A stretch of 64,000 bases of DNA from an uncultured Acidimicrobiia bacterium. GTDB taxonomy: Bacteria; Actinomycetota; Acidimicrobiia; Spongiisociales; ZC4RG35. Below, piece after piece: positions 38,409-47,522 of this stretch. The notes beneath the pieces were generated by a model. The model had not been told where the DNA came from. It made no database searches and was given only the letters and a program-made list of their open reading frames with translations. Each line of letters begins with the position of its first letter. The first letter of the stretch is position 1. Both the position numbers and the translations under genes were made by a program. The DNA lies in NCBI GenBank assembly GCA_963744905.1, contig CAVUUV010000004.1, forward strand, positions 102,360-166,359. The letters are read 5' to 3'.

Positions 38409-39152
38409 TCATGCCATGAACCTGCCCCCATTGACCGACACGGTCTGACCGGTCATGAAACTCGCCGACGGAGAGGCGAGGAATACCACCCACCGTGCGA
38501 TCTCATCGGGGCTCTGGTACCGGCCCAGCGGGATGGAGGCCGCCGTGGCACGGCGTTCCTCTTCGTCACGGACCTTCTCGATGCGCTCGGTCAGCACCGC
38601 CGACGGTGCCAGCGCGTTCACCGTTATCCCCAACGGGGCCAACTCGGAGGCCATGACCCTGCTGAGGGCGTGGACGCCCGCCTTGGCGGCCGCATAAGCC
38701 GGTGTGGTCCGATAGGTTGCCACCTGGCCGGCCAGAGAACCCAGATTGACCACGCTTGCCGCCGGCGAGCAACGCAGCCAGGGCAGCGCCGTCTGCGTCA
38801 TCAAGAAGACCGAGGTCAGGTTCAAATCGAGCGTCGCGTGCCATTCCGACAACGGGGCATCGGCCAGGCTCCTCTGGGCTGAGAAGCCGCCGGCATTGTT
38901 GACCAGCACATCCACCCGTCCCTCCGCATCGCCGATCTGTTGCAGGGCAGCCCGAACTTCGTCCGCCGAGGTGACATCGCAACCGATGAACCGCACCCTG
39001 GTGGTGTCTCGGGCCAGTTCGGTGCCCCTATCCGCATCGACATCCAGGGCGTAGACGAGATCTCCCTGGGCGGCGAAGGCAGTGACGATGGCTCGACCGA
39101 TGCCGATTGAGGCTCCGGTGACGATCACCACCCGCTCGTCGGCGGCACTCAC
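38409..39152 (-). CDS. SDR-family oxidoreductase
   Basis: The TGASIGIGRAI Rossmann motif and a YAAAK active-site motif are present. Confidence 0.85.
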   Translation of the reverse strand: MSAADERVVIVTGASIGIGRAIVTAFAAQGDLVYALDVDADRGTELARDTTRVRFIGCDVTSADEVRAALQQIGDAEGRVDVLVNNAGGFSAQRSLADAPLSEWHATLDLNLTSVFLMTQTALPWLRCSPAASVVNLGSLAGQVATYRTTPAYAAAKAGVHALSRVMASELAPLGITVNALAPSAVLTERIEKVRDEEERRATAASIPLGRYQSPDEIARWVVFLASPSASFMTGQTVSVNGGRFMA

Positions 39153-40069
39153 GACGCCACCAGCATCAGGATCTCATCGGAGACGGCAGATCGGGCCATG
39201 GCCATGGCGCCCTGTGACGCTTCGAGGAAGGAAGCTCTCTCTTCGTCGCCCAGATCGACGAAATGGGCCCCTTCGGCCTCCATTCGGCGACGGAGGGACT
39301 CCTCGTACCCGGCGGCGGCTATCCGCTGGACGGAAACGGCCGACCGTGCCCCCTCGGCCACGACTCGCCTGATCTCGGGCGAAAAGGACTCCCAGGTTGG
39401 CCGGTGGGCGAAGAGGCCCCGCGCCCCGTACAGATGCCCGGTCATGGTGACATGCGGATGGACCCGGTCGACCCCGTAGGCAACGGTGTTGGCCAGCGGA
39501 TTCTCCTGGGCATCCACCTTTCCATCGACGATCAAGCCGATTCCATCCTGAAGCTCCGCCGCAACCGGGACCGCACCCCACGACTCGAACAGTGCGACGT
39601 GGAAGGCGTTGGGCTGAAGCCGGACCGTCAGGCCACGACAGTCATCTGGGGTGCGAATCGGGCGCAACCGGTTGGTGAGATGACGAAACCCGTTGTCCCA
39701 AAACCCCAGCACCTCGAATCCGGTACTGGAGGCGACCGATTCTCTCAACGCCCCCCCGAGGCCACCGTCCAGCGCCTCGTGGGCCTGCTTTAGGTCTGCG
39801 AACAGGAAGGGGACATCGAGGACGTTGAGGTCGGGGACCCGGCTCCCCAGGTAGCTGCACGAGAAGTAGCACATGAACATCTCCCCCGCCTCCACCAGCC
39901 GGAACAGATCTGTGTTGGGCCGGCCCTCGTCCATGATGTTGTAGTTGATGGCAACACTCACCTGGTTGGCTGTGGCGGATTCCACGAACCGGCCGAAGGC
40001 GGCCAGGCCCTGGCCGTGGGCGCTTTCTCTGGGTCCATAGCCGCCGATGTGCAGTTCGATCTGGCTCAT
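39149..40069 (-). CDS. DctP-family (TRAP solute-binding protein) homolog with no signal peptide
   Basis: Core TRAP SBP motifs are conserved along the whole length (…LDVPFLF…GFWDNGFRHLTN…DGQENPLAN…). The ORF begins directly with the mature-domain sequence. An upstream stop leaves no room for a leader, and the gene is 77 bp from the divergent neighbour. Confidence 0.65.
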   Translation of the reverse strand: MSQIELHIGGYGPRESAHGQGLAAFGRFVESATANQVSVAINYNIMDEGRPNTDLFRLVEAGEMFMCYFSCSYLGSRVPDLNVLDVPFLFADLKQAHEALDGGLGGALRESVASSTGFEVLGFWDNGFRHLTNRLRPIRTPDDCRGLTVRLQPNAFHVALFESWGAVPVAAELQDGIGLIVDGKVDAQENPLANTVAYGVDRVHPHVTMTGHLYGARGLFAHRPTWESFSPEIRRVVAEGARSAVSVQRIAAAGYEESLRRRMEAEGAHFVDLGDEERASFLEASQGAMAMARSAVSDEILMLVAS

Positions 40070-40146
40070 CTGTCTCGCAAAAGAGGCTGCTCGCGACGAA
40101 TCGTATATGATGTAGGATCAGGCTGTCGAACGGACAGGAGTAGCTG

Positions 40147-41382
40147 ATGGCTCAAGAACCTTGGAAGACCGAGCAATGGTTTTCCAGTCCCTGGAACTAC
40201 CTACCGGAGGTCACAGAGGGGTTTCAAGTTCCCGACGAGGTACGTATCCACGATGTGACCTTGCGGGACGGGGAGCAGCAGGCCGGTGTCGAGTTCACCG
40301 CCGACGAGAAGGTGCAGATCGCCGAAGCGCTCGCCGAGGCCGGTATTCATCGCATCGAGGCGGGCTTGCCCGCAGTCTCCCCGGCCGACAAGGAGGCCAT
40401 CGAGCGGATGGTGGCGGCCGAGCTGCCGACAGAGATCTATGCCTTCAGCAGATGCCTGGTCTCGGACGTGGAATTGGCCCTCGATTGTGGGGTGTCGGGT
40501 GTGGTGATGGAGGTTCCCGCCAGCCATCACTTGATCGAGAAGGCTTACCGGTGGCCGGTGGAAAAGGCGATCGACGCCTCCGTCGAGGCAACCAAGTACG
40601 CCCACGACAATGGGCTCAAGGTGACGTTCTTTCCCATCGACGCCACGAGAGCGACGATGACCCAGCTCCTCGATGACCTCGAGACGGTGGCTACCAATGG
40701 TCATGTCGACAACATCGCCCTCGTCGACACCTTCGGAGTGACGTCTCCCCATGCCATCCGCTACTACACCCGCAAAGTCCGAGAGCGTTTCCCTGGCGTG
40801 CCGCTCGAGACCCATTTCCACATGGACTTCGGTATGGGGGTGGCGAACACGGCCCTGGCCGTGACAGAGGGCGCCTCCGTTCTCCACACCACCGTCAGCG
40901 GGATCGGCGAGCGGGCCGGAAACGCTCCCACGGAGGAGACGGTGCTGGCCCTTTTGACCATGTACGGAATCGACACCGGCATCAACACGGAGAGGTTCAC
41001 CGACATCGCACGACTGGTGGCCGAGCTCTCGGGTGTCACCCAGCCCGCCAATCGCCCGGTCACCGGCGAGATGCTGTACAACGTCGAATCGGGCATCATC
41101 GCCACCTGGGTCAACAACGTGGGCGACGAGCTGCTCGAGCCCTTCCCTTACCGTCCCGAGCTGGTCGGCCAGGCCGACCCGAGCATCGTCCTCGGAAAGG
41201 GCTCGGGGCTCGACTCCATTGCCATCTGGCTGGCCCGGCACGGCATCAACGACGCCGAGACCAAGGAGATCGAGGCGATCCTGGCCGAGGTGAAGGGTCG
41301 GTCTTTGGCCAAGAAGGGCCTGTTGGACGACGACGAATTCCTCGACGTCGTCCGCCAAGTCATCCCCGACAAGGTCAACTGA
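40147..41382 (+). CDS. DRE-TIM metallolyase (HMGL-like/pyruvate carboxyltransferase domain; IPMS/homocitrate synthase/4-hydroxy-2-oxovalerate aldolase-like)
   Basis: DVTLRDGEQ… and …HFHMDFGMGVANTLAA… are hallmark motifs of the family. Confidence 0.75.
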   Translation: MAQEPWKTEQWFSSPWNYLPEVTEGFQVPDEVRIHDVTLRDGEQQAGVEFTADEKVQIAEALAEAGIHRIEAGLPAVSPADKEAIERMVAAELPTEIYAFSRCLVSDVELALDCGVSGVVMEVPASHHLIEKAYRWPVEKAIDASVEATKYAHDNGLKVTFFPIDATRATMTQLLDDLETVATNGHVDNIALVDTFGVTSPHAIRYYTRKVRERFPGVPLETHFHMDFGMGVANTALAVTEGASVLHTTVSGIGERAGNAPTEETVLALLTMYGIDTGINTERFTDIARLVAELSGVTQPANRPVTGEMLYNVESGIIATWVNNVGDELLEPFPYRPELVGQADPSIVLGKGSGLDSIAIWLARHGINDAETKEIEAILAEVKGRSLAKKGLLDDDEFLDVVRQVIPDKVN

Positions 41383-41409
41383 AAACAGGCGTCTGAGGGA
41401 GCAGTATTC

Positions 41410-42648
41410 ATGCGAGAAGCATTTTTCGGTCTGAGCACCGACTGGAAGGAAGGGATCAACTGGGCCAACGTCAGGGACTGGCGGCTCAAGAGGGCGCACG
41501 AGGCCATGGAGCGGCACGGTCTCGGGGCGCTACTGCTGTTCTATGACGAGAACATGCGATACGTGTCGTCGACCCTGACGCCCGGGTGGAACCGTCTCAA
41601 GCCCGGTCTGCGCTACGTGGTGCTGCCGGCGGGAAAGCCTCCCATCGTGTACGAGCAAGGCGACATCGGCATGCACCTCGAGGTCCACAATCCATGGATC
41701 CCAAAGGAGAACATCCGCCACTCCTACATATGGATCAAGGGAGCCGTCGGTCCGGCCGCCGACCAACAGGTCACGAAGTTCGTGGACGCCCTCTTGAACG
41801 ACCTGGAGGAGGCCGGGGTCCGGGATCAACCACTCGGAGTCGACTTCATCGACATCAACCTCTTGCGGGCGTTTCAAGAACGGGGAATCGAATGGACCGA
41901 TGGTATGTCGCCCATGATGGAGGCGAGGGCCATCAAGTCCCCCGACGAGATCAAGGCGTTTCAGATCGTCGGAGCCATCTGCGACCGGGTGCACTACGAG
42001 ATAACGAACTTCATGAAACCCGGCATGACCGAGAACGAAGTGGCGGCTTTTGGATTCGAGCAGCTCTACTCGATCCCGGGGATGGAAGACGTCGAGGACG
42101 TCATCGTGTCTTCGGGTCCCAACGCCTGGCCCAACTGGCGCAACTTCTCCGACCGCATGATCCGTCCTGGCGAGCTCGTCATCATCGACCTGGCCGCTCT
42201 GACCTGGAACGGGTTCAAGTCCTGCGTCTATCGAACCTACTGCGTGGGCGGCAAACCCACCGATGAGCATCAGCAGGCCTACGACATGGCCCACAAGTGG
42301 CTGTGGGATTCGATCGAAGCCACCAAGCCCGGGGTAACGACAGCCGACGTCGCCTCCAAATGGCCCTCGGCCAAGGAGGCATGGGGATACGAGGAAGAGG
42401 ACCGTGCAGCAGCCAACAACTGGGGCCACGGGCTGGGCCTCGCCCAGTACGACCCGCCGGTGATATCCCGGATCTGGTCCCTCGATCACCCGGTCGAGAT
42501 CCAGCCGGGCATGACCTTCGCTCTGGAAACCCAGCATGGCAAGGTACACGATTACGGGGTGCGTCTCGAAGAGATGATCTACGTCACGGACACCGGCATC
42601 GAGCTCGTATCGACGTACAAGAACCACGAGATCATCGTCATCGACTGA
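41410..42648 (+). CDS. M24-family hydrolase (creatinase/prolidase/ectoine-hydrolase-like fold)
   Basis: It has a creatinase-like N-domain plus pita-bread C-domain (…IIDLAALTWNGFKSCVYRTY…HGLGLAQYDPP…ETQHG…). Confidence 0.75.
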   Translation: MREAFFGLSTDWKEGINWANVRDWRLKRAHEAMERHGLGALLLFYDENMRYVSSTLTPGWNRLKPGLRYVVLPAGKPPIVYEQGDIGMHLEVHNPWIPKENIRHSYIWIKGAVGPAADQQVTKFVDALLNDLEEAGVRDQPLGVDFIDINLLRAFQERGIEWTDGMSPMMEARAIKSPDEIKAFQIVGAICDRVHYEITNFMKPGMTENEVAAFGFEQLYSIPGMEDVEDVIVSSGPNAWPNWRNFSDRMIRPGELVIIDLAALTWNGFKSCVYRTYCVGGKPTDEHQQAYDMAHKWLWDSIEATKPGVTTADVASKWPSAKEAWGYEEEDRAAANNWGHGLGLAQYDPPVISRIWSLDHPVEIQPGMTFALETQHGKVHDYGVRLEEMIYVTDTGIELVSTYKNHEIIVID

Positions 42649-42658
42649 CGCCAGGGTC

Positions 42659-44341
42659 GTGCGATATCCCGATCGACTGGCCGCTGCCCATCTGAGCCCT
42701 GAAGGGTCGCTGCTCATCGGGCTCGACGACGATCGCTGTCTCGATCACCGGCTGGTCGGCGCCAAGGCGGCCCGGCTGGCCAGGGCACGCCGGACAGGAA
42801 TCCCGGTCCTTCCCGGATTCGTCGTGAACGGTTCCGCCTCAACCCACCACATGAAGATCGGCGCCGCTGCGCTGACCAGGCGGGGCTCGGGAGGGGCACG
42901 CCTGGAGATGATGTCCGAGCCTCTGCCCATCGCCGACGATCTGGTCGCGGCCGGATCCCGTCTCGGTCCCCGGCTGGTGGCCCGCTCCTCCACCAGTCTC
43001 GAGGCATCGGGCCGGTGGTCGGGCGCCTTCACCTCGTATCTGGACCTGACTCCCGACGAACTGCCCAGGGCGATCGTCGGATGCTGGGCGTCGGCCTTCT
43101 CCGTGCAGGCAATCAGCCGGCAGCGAGCCGAGAACATCGAGCCCGGCTCCTTCCCGATGAGCGTTCTGGTCCAACCTGCCCTGTCTCCTGCGTCGGGCGG
43201 GACGGCGATGCTCGACGAGGGGGGGCGGGTGACGGTCCATACCGTCGAGGGCTCACCCGCCCCGCTGCTCCAGGGGTGGTCACAGGGTGCTGAGGCACGA
43301 TGGGACGGCCGGTGGATCGGCGAAGAGGCCATCTCCCTGCTGGGAGCCGACCGACTCGACGCCATCGCCTCGCTCCTGAGGCGAGCCCACCAGGTCGTCG
43401 GTGCCGACCGCTGCGAATGGGCACTGGACGACGACATCTGGATTCTGCAGTTGGACTCCGTACCCGCTCCCCCAGCCCTCGATCAGTTCATCGCCCAGCC
43501 TCGAGAACTCGACCCCATTCTGCTCGATGTGGCACGCACGGTTACCAGAGCCCCGGGCGCCCTCGGCGAAGAACTCGTTCTCCCCTGGGCTCTGGCGGGC
43601 CTCCCCCGAACCCTGACATCCTCCGTCGAGAGGCCGGCGACTGCGCTGGCCCGAGCCCGCCACCTGTGCGAGGAGTTGACGGCCGAAGTATGGGGATGTG
43701 CCGCCCCCCAAGCGCGATCATTGGCCCTGGAAACCCTGGAACGACTTCGCACCGGCGATCCCTCACCTGCGCTGGCCCGCATCCGGCGGCTTCGTCCCCC
43801 CGACACAGCGAAGGCGACGACGCTTCTGTCCCTGGTGGACGGCATGCGCCAGGCCCTGGTAGGACTGGGCGCTTTCCCCGACCCCGGCTCGGCCTGGTAC
43901 GCCACGACTCACGAGGTCGAACGGGCGGCACAGAAGACCCCCACAAGTGCGGTCGACCGCGTCGGTGTCTCCGGCTGGGAACCTTTCGTGGCCTCCGTAG
44001 TCCTGGCCGGAGGACACCGTCACCGGGGCACCCCGGCGGCCCCCGGCATCGGGGCGGGCCGACGGCACTCGATCAATGGACCCGACGAGGCCGCCTGGTT
44101 CTCGCCCAGGGAAGTGATCGCCACTCCACAACCCGTCCCCAACCTGGCCCCGTTCCTGTGGGATTCGGCGGGATTGGTGACAGAATCGGGATCCCCGGCC
44201 GCCCACCTCTTCGAGTCCGCCCGGTCTCTGGGAGTACCGGCTGTGTGTGGAGTGTCGTCGGGGGAGACCGACGACGAGATCGTGGCGGTGGACGGCTATT
44301 CGGGAGTCGTCTCTACCACTCCCCTGTTCGGAGAAGCATGA
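42659..44341 (+). CDS. PEP-utilising-enzyme family protein: PPDK_N (ATP-grasp) domain + C-terminal mobile phosphohistidine domain, with no PEP/pyruvate-binding TIM barrel
   Basis: The N-terminal …LVGAKAARLARARRTGIPVLPGFVV… resembles the PEP synthase/PPDK nucleotide-binding region. The C-terminal …ESGSPAAHLFESARSLGVPAVCGV… resembles the swivel phospho-His domain. The protein ends about 60 residues later. Confidence 0.65.
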   Translation: MRYPDRLAAAHLSPEGSLLIGLDDDRCLDHRLVGAKAARLARARRTGIPVLPGFVVNGSASTHHMKIGAAALTRRGSGGARLEMMSEPLPIADDLVAAGSRLGPRLVARSSTSLEASGRWSGAFTSYLDLTPDELPRAIVGCWASAFSVQAISRQRAENIEPGSFPMSVLVQPALSPASGGTAMLDEGGRVTVHTVEGSPAPLLQGWSQGAEARWDGRWIGEEAISLLGADRLDAIASLLRRAHQVVGADRCEWALDDDIWILQLDSVPAPPALDQFIAQPRELDPILLDVARTVTRAPGALGEELVLPWALAGLPRTLTSSVERPATALARARHLCEELTAEVWGCAAPQARSLALETLERLRTGDPSPALARIRRLRPPDTAKATTLLSLVDGMRQALVGLGAFPDPGSAWYATTHEVERAAQKTPTSAVDRVGVSGWEPFVASVVLAGGHRHRGTPAAPGIGAGRRHSINGPDEAAWFSPREVIATPQPVPNLAPFLWDSAGLVTESGSPAAHLFESARSLGVPAVCGVSSGETDDEIVAVDGYSGVVSTTPLFGEA

Positions 44342-45216
44342 TGTCTGCGCGGGTGGGAATCATCGGGCTCGGGGTCATGGGTGCCGCCATGGCCAAGAAT
44401 CTCCTCGCGGCCGATCATGAAGTACTCGGGTTCGATCTCGCTCCCCACAGGAGACAGATCGCCACCGACGCCGGTGTCAGCGTCCTGGCGAATGCGGCTG
44501 CGGTGGCCAAGCGAGCAGACACGGTCGTCTTCTCCCTTCCCACCGTCGAGGCCCTGGCGGCGGTGGCCGACGAGGTCGCCGCCAATGCCCATGCCGAATT
44601 GCTCTGCCTCGAAACCGGCACGTTCCCGCTCGTCGCCAAGTTCTCTGCCCGCGATGTGCTGGCGGCAGCCGGGATCGAACTGATGGACACGGCGCTGTCG
44701 GGCACCGGCCTACAGGCAGCAGACGGAACACTGGTCGTGTTCGCATCGGGAACGCCGGAAGCGTTCGAACGAGCCCAGCCGGTCTTCCGTGCCATCGGCC
44801 GGTCAACGCATTACCTGGGGGAATTCGGCAACGGCTCCAGGATGAAATACATCGCCAACCTTCTGGTGACCATCCACAACCTGGCCACCGCCGAGGCCCA
44901 CGTTCTCGGAATGGCCGCCGGAATGGACCCCGCCGTCGTCCAGGAGGTGATGGAAGACGGCGTCGGCTCCTCGAAGATCTTCGAGATCAGGGGCCCGATG
45001 ATGGTCGCCGGCGATTACCCGGCCGCGGCCCGGCTGGACATCATCCTCAAAGACGCCCGCATCATCGAAGACTTCGCCCAAAGCGTGGGGGCTCCGACCC
45101 CGCTCCTCGATGCGGCGCTCGAGGTCTACACCCGGACCAGCGCAGCCGGTATGGGGGATTTCGACGCGGCCGTCTTGTTCGAGTACCTACGCAACCAAGC
45201 CGGACTCGAACGATGA
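44338..45216 (+). CDS. NAD(P)-dependent oxidoreductase, 3-hydroxyisobutyrate/6-phosphogluconate dehydrogenase-like (HIBADH family)
   Basis: RVGIIGLGVMGAAMAKNL is an NAD-binding motif. The length is 292 aa. Its start overlaps the upstream stop in an ATGA arrangement. Confidence 0.8.
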   Translation: MMSARVGIIGLGVMGAAMAKNLLAADHEVLGFDLAPHRRQIATDAGVSVLANAAAVAKRADTVVFSLPTVEALAAVADEVAANAHAELLCLETGTFPLVAKFSARDVLAAAGIELMDTALSGTGLQAADGTLVVFASGTPEAFERAQPVFRAIGRSTHYLGEFGNGSRMKYIANLLVTIHNLATAEAHVLGMAAGMDPAVVQEVMEDGVGSSKIFEIRGPMMVAGDYPAAARLDIILKDARIIEDFAQSVGAPTPLLDAALEVYTRTSAAGMGDFDAAVLFEYLRNQAGLER

Positions 45217-47498
45217 TCGGTCGGCCGCTTCGCCGCCTCGAGGATTCCCATCTGATCACCGGCAGAGGACGTTACGTCGACGACATCTCACTCCCCTCCA
45301 CGGCCCACGCCGTCTTCGTCCGTAGTGTCGAGGCCCATGCCCTGATCCGATCGGTGAGCCTCGACCAACGCGACGCCGGTCGGGCCCGACTCTTTGGGCC
45401 TCGCGAGCTCGGCCTGACGGCCCCGGTCCAGAACCAGCATCCCTCCCCACTGATCGAGCGCTCCACACAGGCTCCACCCCTGTCCGACCACGAGGTGTGC
45501 TTCGTTGGCCAGCCGATAGCCGTGGTCGTGGCTCCGACGGCTCAGGAGGCAACCGATGCAGCCGGTGCCGTTCTGATCGACTACGAACCGCTCCCGACGA
45601 TGACAGATCATCGTCGGGCATTGGACGTAGATGCCCCTCCCGTGCATTTGGGAGGTGACGGCAACCTCATCGCCACTCTCAGCGCCTCCTTCGGCGAGGT
45701 CGAGGCCGGGTTCGCCACAGCACCTCGAAGGCTGGCCCTGGACGTGGATCAACACCGGGGGGCGGGCGCCTCGATGGAGGGCCGGGCGATCCTGGCTAGT
45801 TGGGAAGAGGGAGAGCTGAAGCTGTGGACTTCGACGCAGGCACCCTATGCGGTTCGAAGCCATCTGGCGTCATATCTCGGTTTGAAGCCCGATTCCGTAA
45901 GGGTGATCGCACCGGATGTCGGGGGTGGCTTCGGGCCGAAGGCAGCCGTCTACCCCGAGGAGTACGTCGTTGCGGCCCTGGCCATTCATCTGAGACAACC
46001 CGTCAAGTGGATCGAACAGCGCCGCGAGAACTTCACGGCCACCTACCAGCAGCGCGGCCAGAGCGGCCGGATCGAGGTGGCCTTCGACGACAACGGAAGG
46101 GTCCTGGCCCTTCGCGCCCACCTCACACACGACTGCGGTGCCTTCGTGCCTTACGGGATCGTGGTCCCCATGACAACGCTCCGTCTGATGTCGGGCCCCT
46201 ACCGGATCCCCGCCCTGGAGGCGACGATCGAATGCGTGTTCACCAACGCCACTCCGACCGCAGCCATCAGAGGGGCCGGCCGACCCAATGCCTGCTTCGC
46301 GCTGGAGCGGACGATGGATGCGATCGCCCGATCGCTGAACCTGGAGAGGGAGACGATTCGGCGTCGCAACTTCATACCCGTCGATGCCCTTCCCTATCAG
46401 GTCGATATCCCCGGCTCGGACGGTCGGCCCATCACCTACGACAGCGGAGATTTCACCCGGGCGCTCGATGCGGCGCTGGAGGCGGCGCGAATCGACGATT
46501 TCCCGAGCCGCCGGGAAGTCTCGGAGCGGAGCGGCCTTCGGCGCGGATACGGCATCGCCTCGTACATCGAAGACACCGGGATGGGCCCCTTCGAAGGAGC
46601 CCGGATCGAGATTCTCGCCGGCGGAGAGGTCCTGGTCGAGACCGGAGCCGGAGCCCAGGGTCAGGGACATGAGACCGTCTTCGCCCAGATATGTGCCCAG
46701 CACCTGGGCGTCGAACCGGGCCGAGTGAGGGTCAGGAGTGGAGACACCGCCTTCTACAGCCACGGCGTCGCCACCGTTGCCAGCAGGACCGGTCAGACCA
46801 CGGCCGCCGCCGTCAGCGTGGCGGCCGAAGAGCTCGCTTCGATCACCAAGGAACTGGCTGCCGACGAGCTCGAGGCTGCATTCGAGGACATCGCCCTCGA
46901 AGGGGGCATGGCCATGGTTGTCGGCCAACCTGGTACCGAGATTCCCTTCGCCGACCTGGTGAGCCGCCTGTCCCGGGCGGATGCGTTCCCCACCCGTCTG
47001 CGAAGGCCCGGGCTCTCGGTGGAACGGGTCGTCCCCTTCGGCGGACTCGGATTCACATACGGGACCCACGTCGCCGAGGTCGAGGTCGATCCCGAGACCG
47101 GACATGTCAGGGTGGTCGGATACATCGTGGTCCACGACTGTGGCACGTTGATCAACCCGATGATCGTCGACGGCCAGATCGACGGCGGGGTGGCGCATGG
47201 ATTGGGTAACGCTCTGATGGAGCGCGTCCAGTTCTCCGACTCCGGCCAGCCGCTGACGACTTCTTTCATGGACTACCACCTGATGACGGCGGTTGAGATG
47301 CCGCCCTTGGTCAAGACGCACACCGTTACGCCCTCTCCCAACAATCCTCTTGGAACAAAGGGGGCTGGCGAGGGCGGCACGATCCCGGCGGCTGCCGCCG
47401 TGACATCGGCCGTCGAGCACGCTCTCTCCGACCGGGGTGTGATCGTGAATCACTACCCGGTTGAGATGCAGTGGGTGCAGAAGGCCGCCACCGGCTGA
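45213..47498 (+). CDS. Xanthine-dehydrogenase-family molybdopterin-binding large subunit (CoxL/aldehyde-oxidase-like)
   Basis: 761 aa. The N-terminal …RLEDSHLITGRGRYVDD… region and the Mo-cofactor domain motifs (…GGGFG…, …GEGGT…) are present. No small or medium subunit genes are adjacent. Confidence 0.85.
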   Translation: MIGRPLRRLEDSHLITGRGRYVDDISLPSTAHAVFVRSVEAHALIRSVSLDQRDAGRARLFGPRELGLTAPVQNQHPSPLIERSTQAPPLSDHEVCFVGQPIAVVVAPTAQEATDAAGAVLIDYEPLPTMTDHRRALDVDAPPVHLGGDGNLIATLSASFGEVEAGFATAPRRLALDVDQHRGAGASMEGRAILASWEEGELKLWTSTQAPYAVRSHLASYLGLKPDSVRVIAPDVGGGFGPKAAVYPEEYVVAALAIHLRQPVKWIEQRRENFTATYQQRGQSGRIEVAFDDNGRVLALRAHLTHDCGAFVPYGIVVPMTTLRLMSGPYRIPALEATIECVFTNATPTAAIRGAGRPNACFALERTMDAIARSLNLERETIRRRNFIPVDALPYQVDIPGSDGRPITYDSGDFTRALDAALEAARIDDFPSRREVSERSGLRRGYGIASYIEDTGMGPFEGARIEILAGGEVLVETGAGAQGQGHETVFAQICAQHLGVEPGRVRVRSGDTAFYSHGVATVASRTGQTTAAAVSVAAEELASITKELAADELEAAFEDIALEGGMAMVVGQPGTEIPFADLVSRLSRADAFPTRLRRPGLSVERVVPFGGLGFTYGTHVAEVEVDPETGHVRVVGYIVVHDCGTLINPMIVDGQIDGGVAHGLGNALMERVQFSDSGQPLTTSFMDYHLMTAVEMPPLVKTHTVTPSPNNPLGTKGAGEGGTIPAAAAVTSAVEHALSDRGVIVNHYPVEMQWVQKAATG

Positions 47499-47522
47499 GT
47501 CCGCCAACCAAAGGAGACAGGC

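Noticed and set aside
43300-45216. 638-aa ORF and 52039–53598 519-aa ORF (N-terminally over-extended versions of the HIBADH and Zn-ADH genes)
   Set aside because: The upstream extensions are Arg/Pro-rich and overlap the preceding genes. Proper starts with RBS exist at 44338 and 52597.
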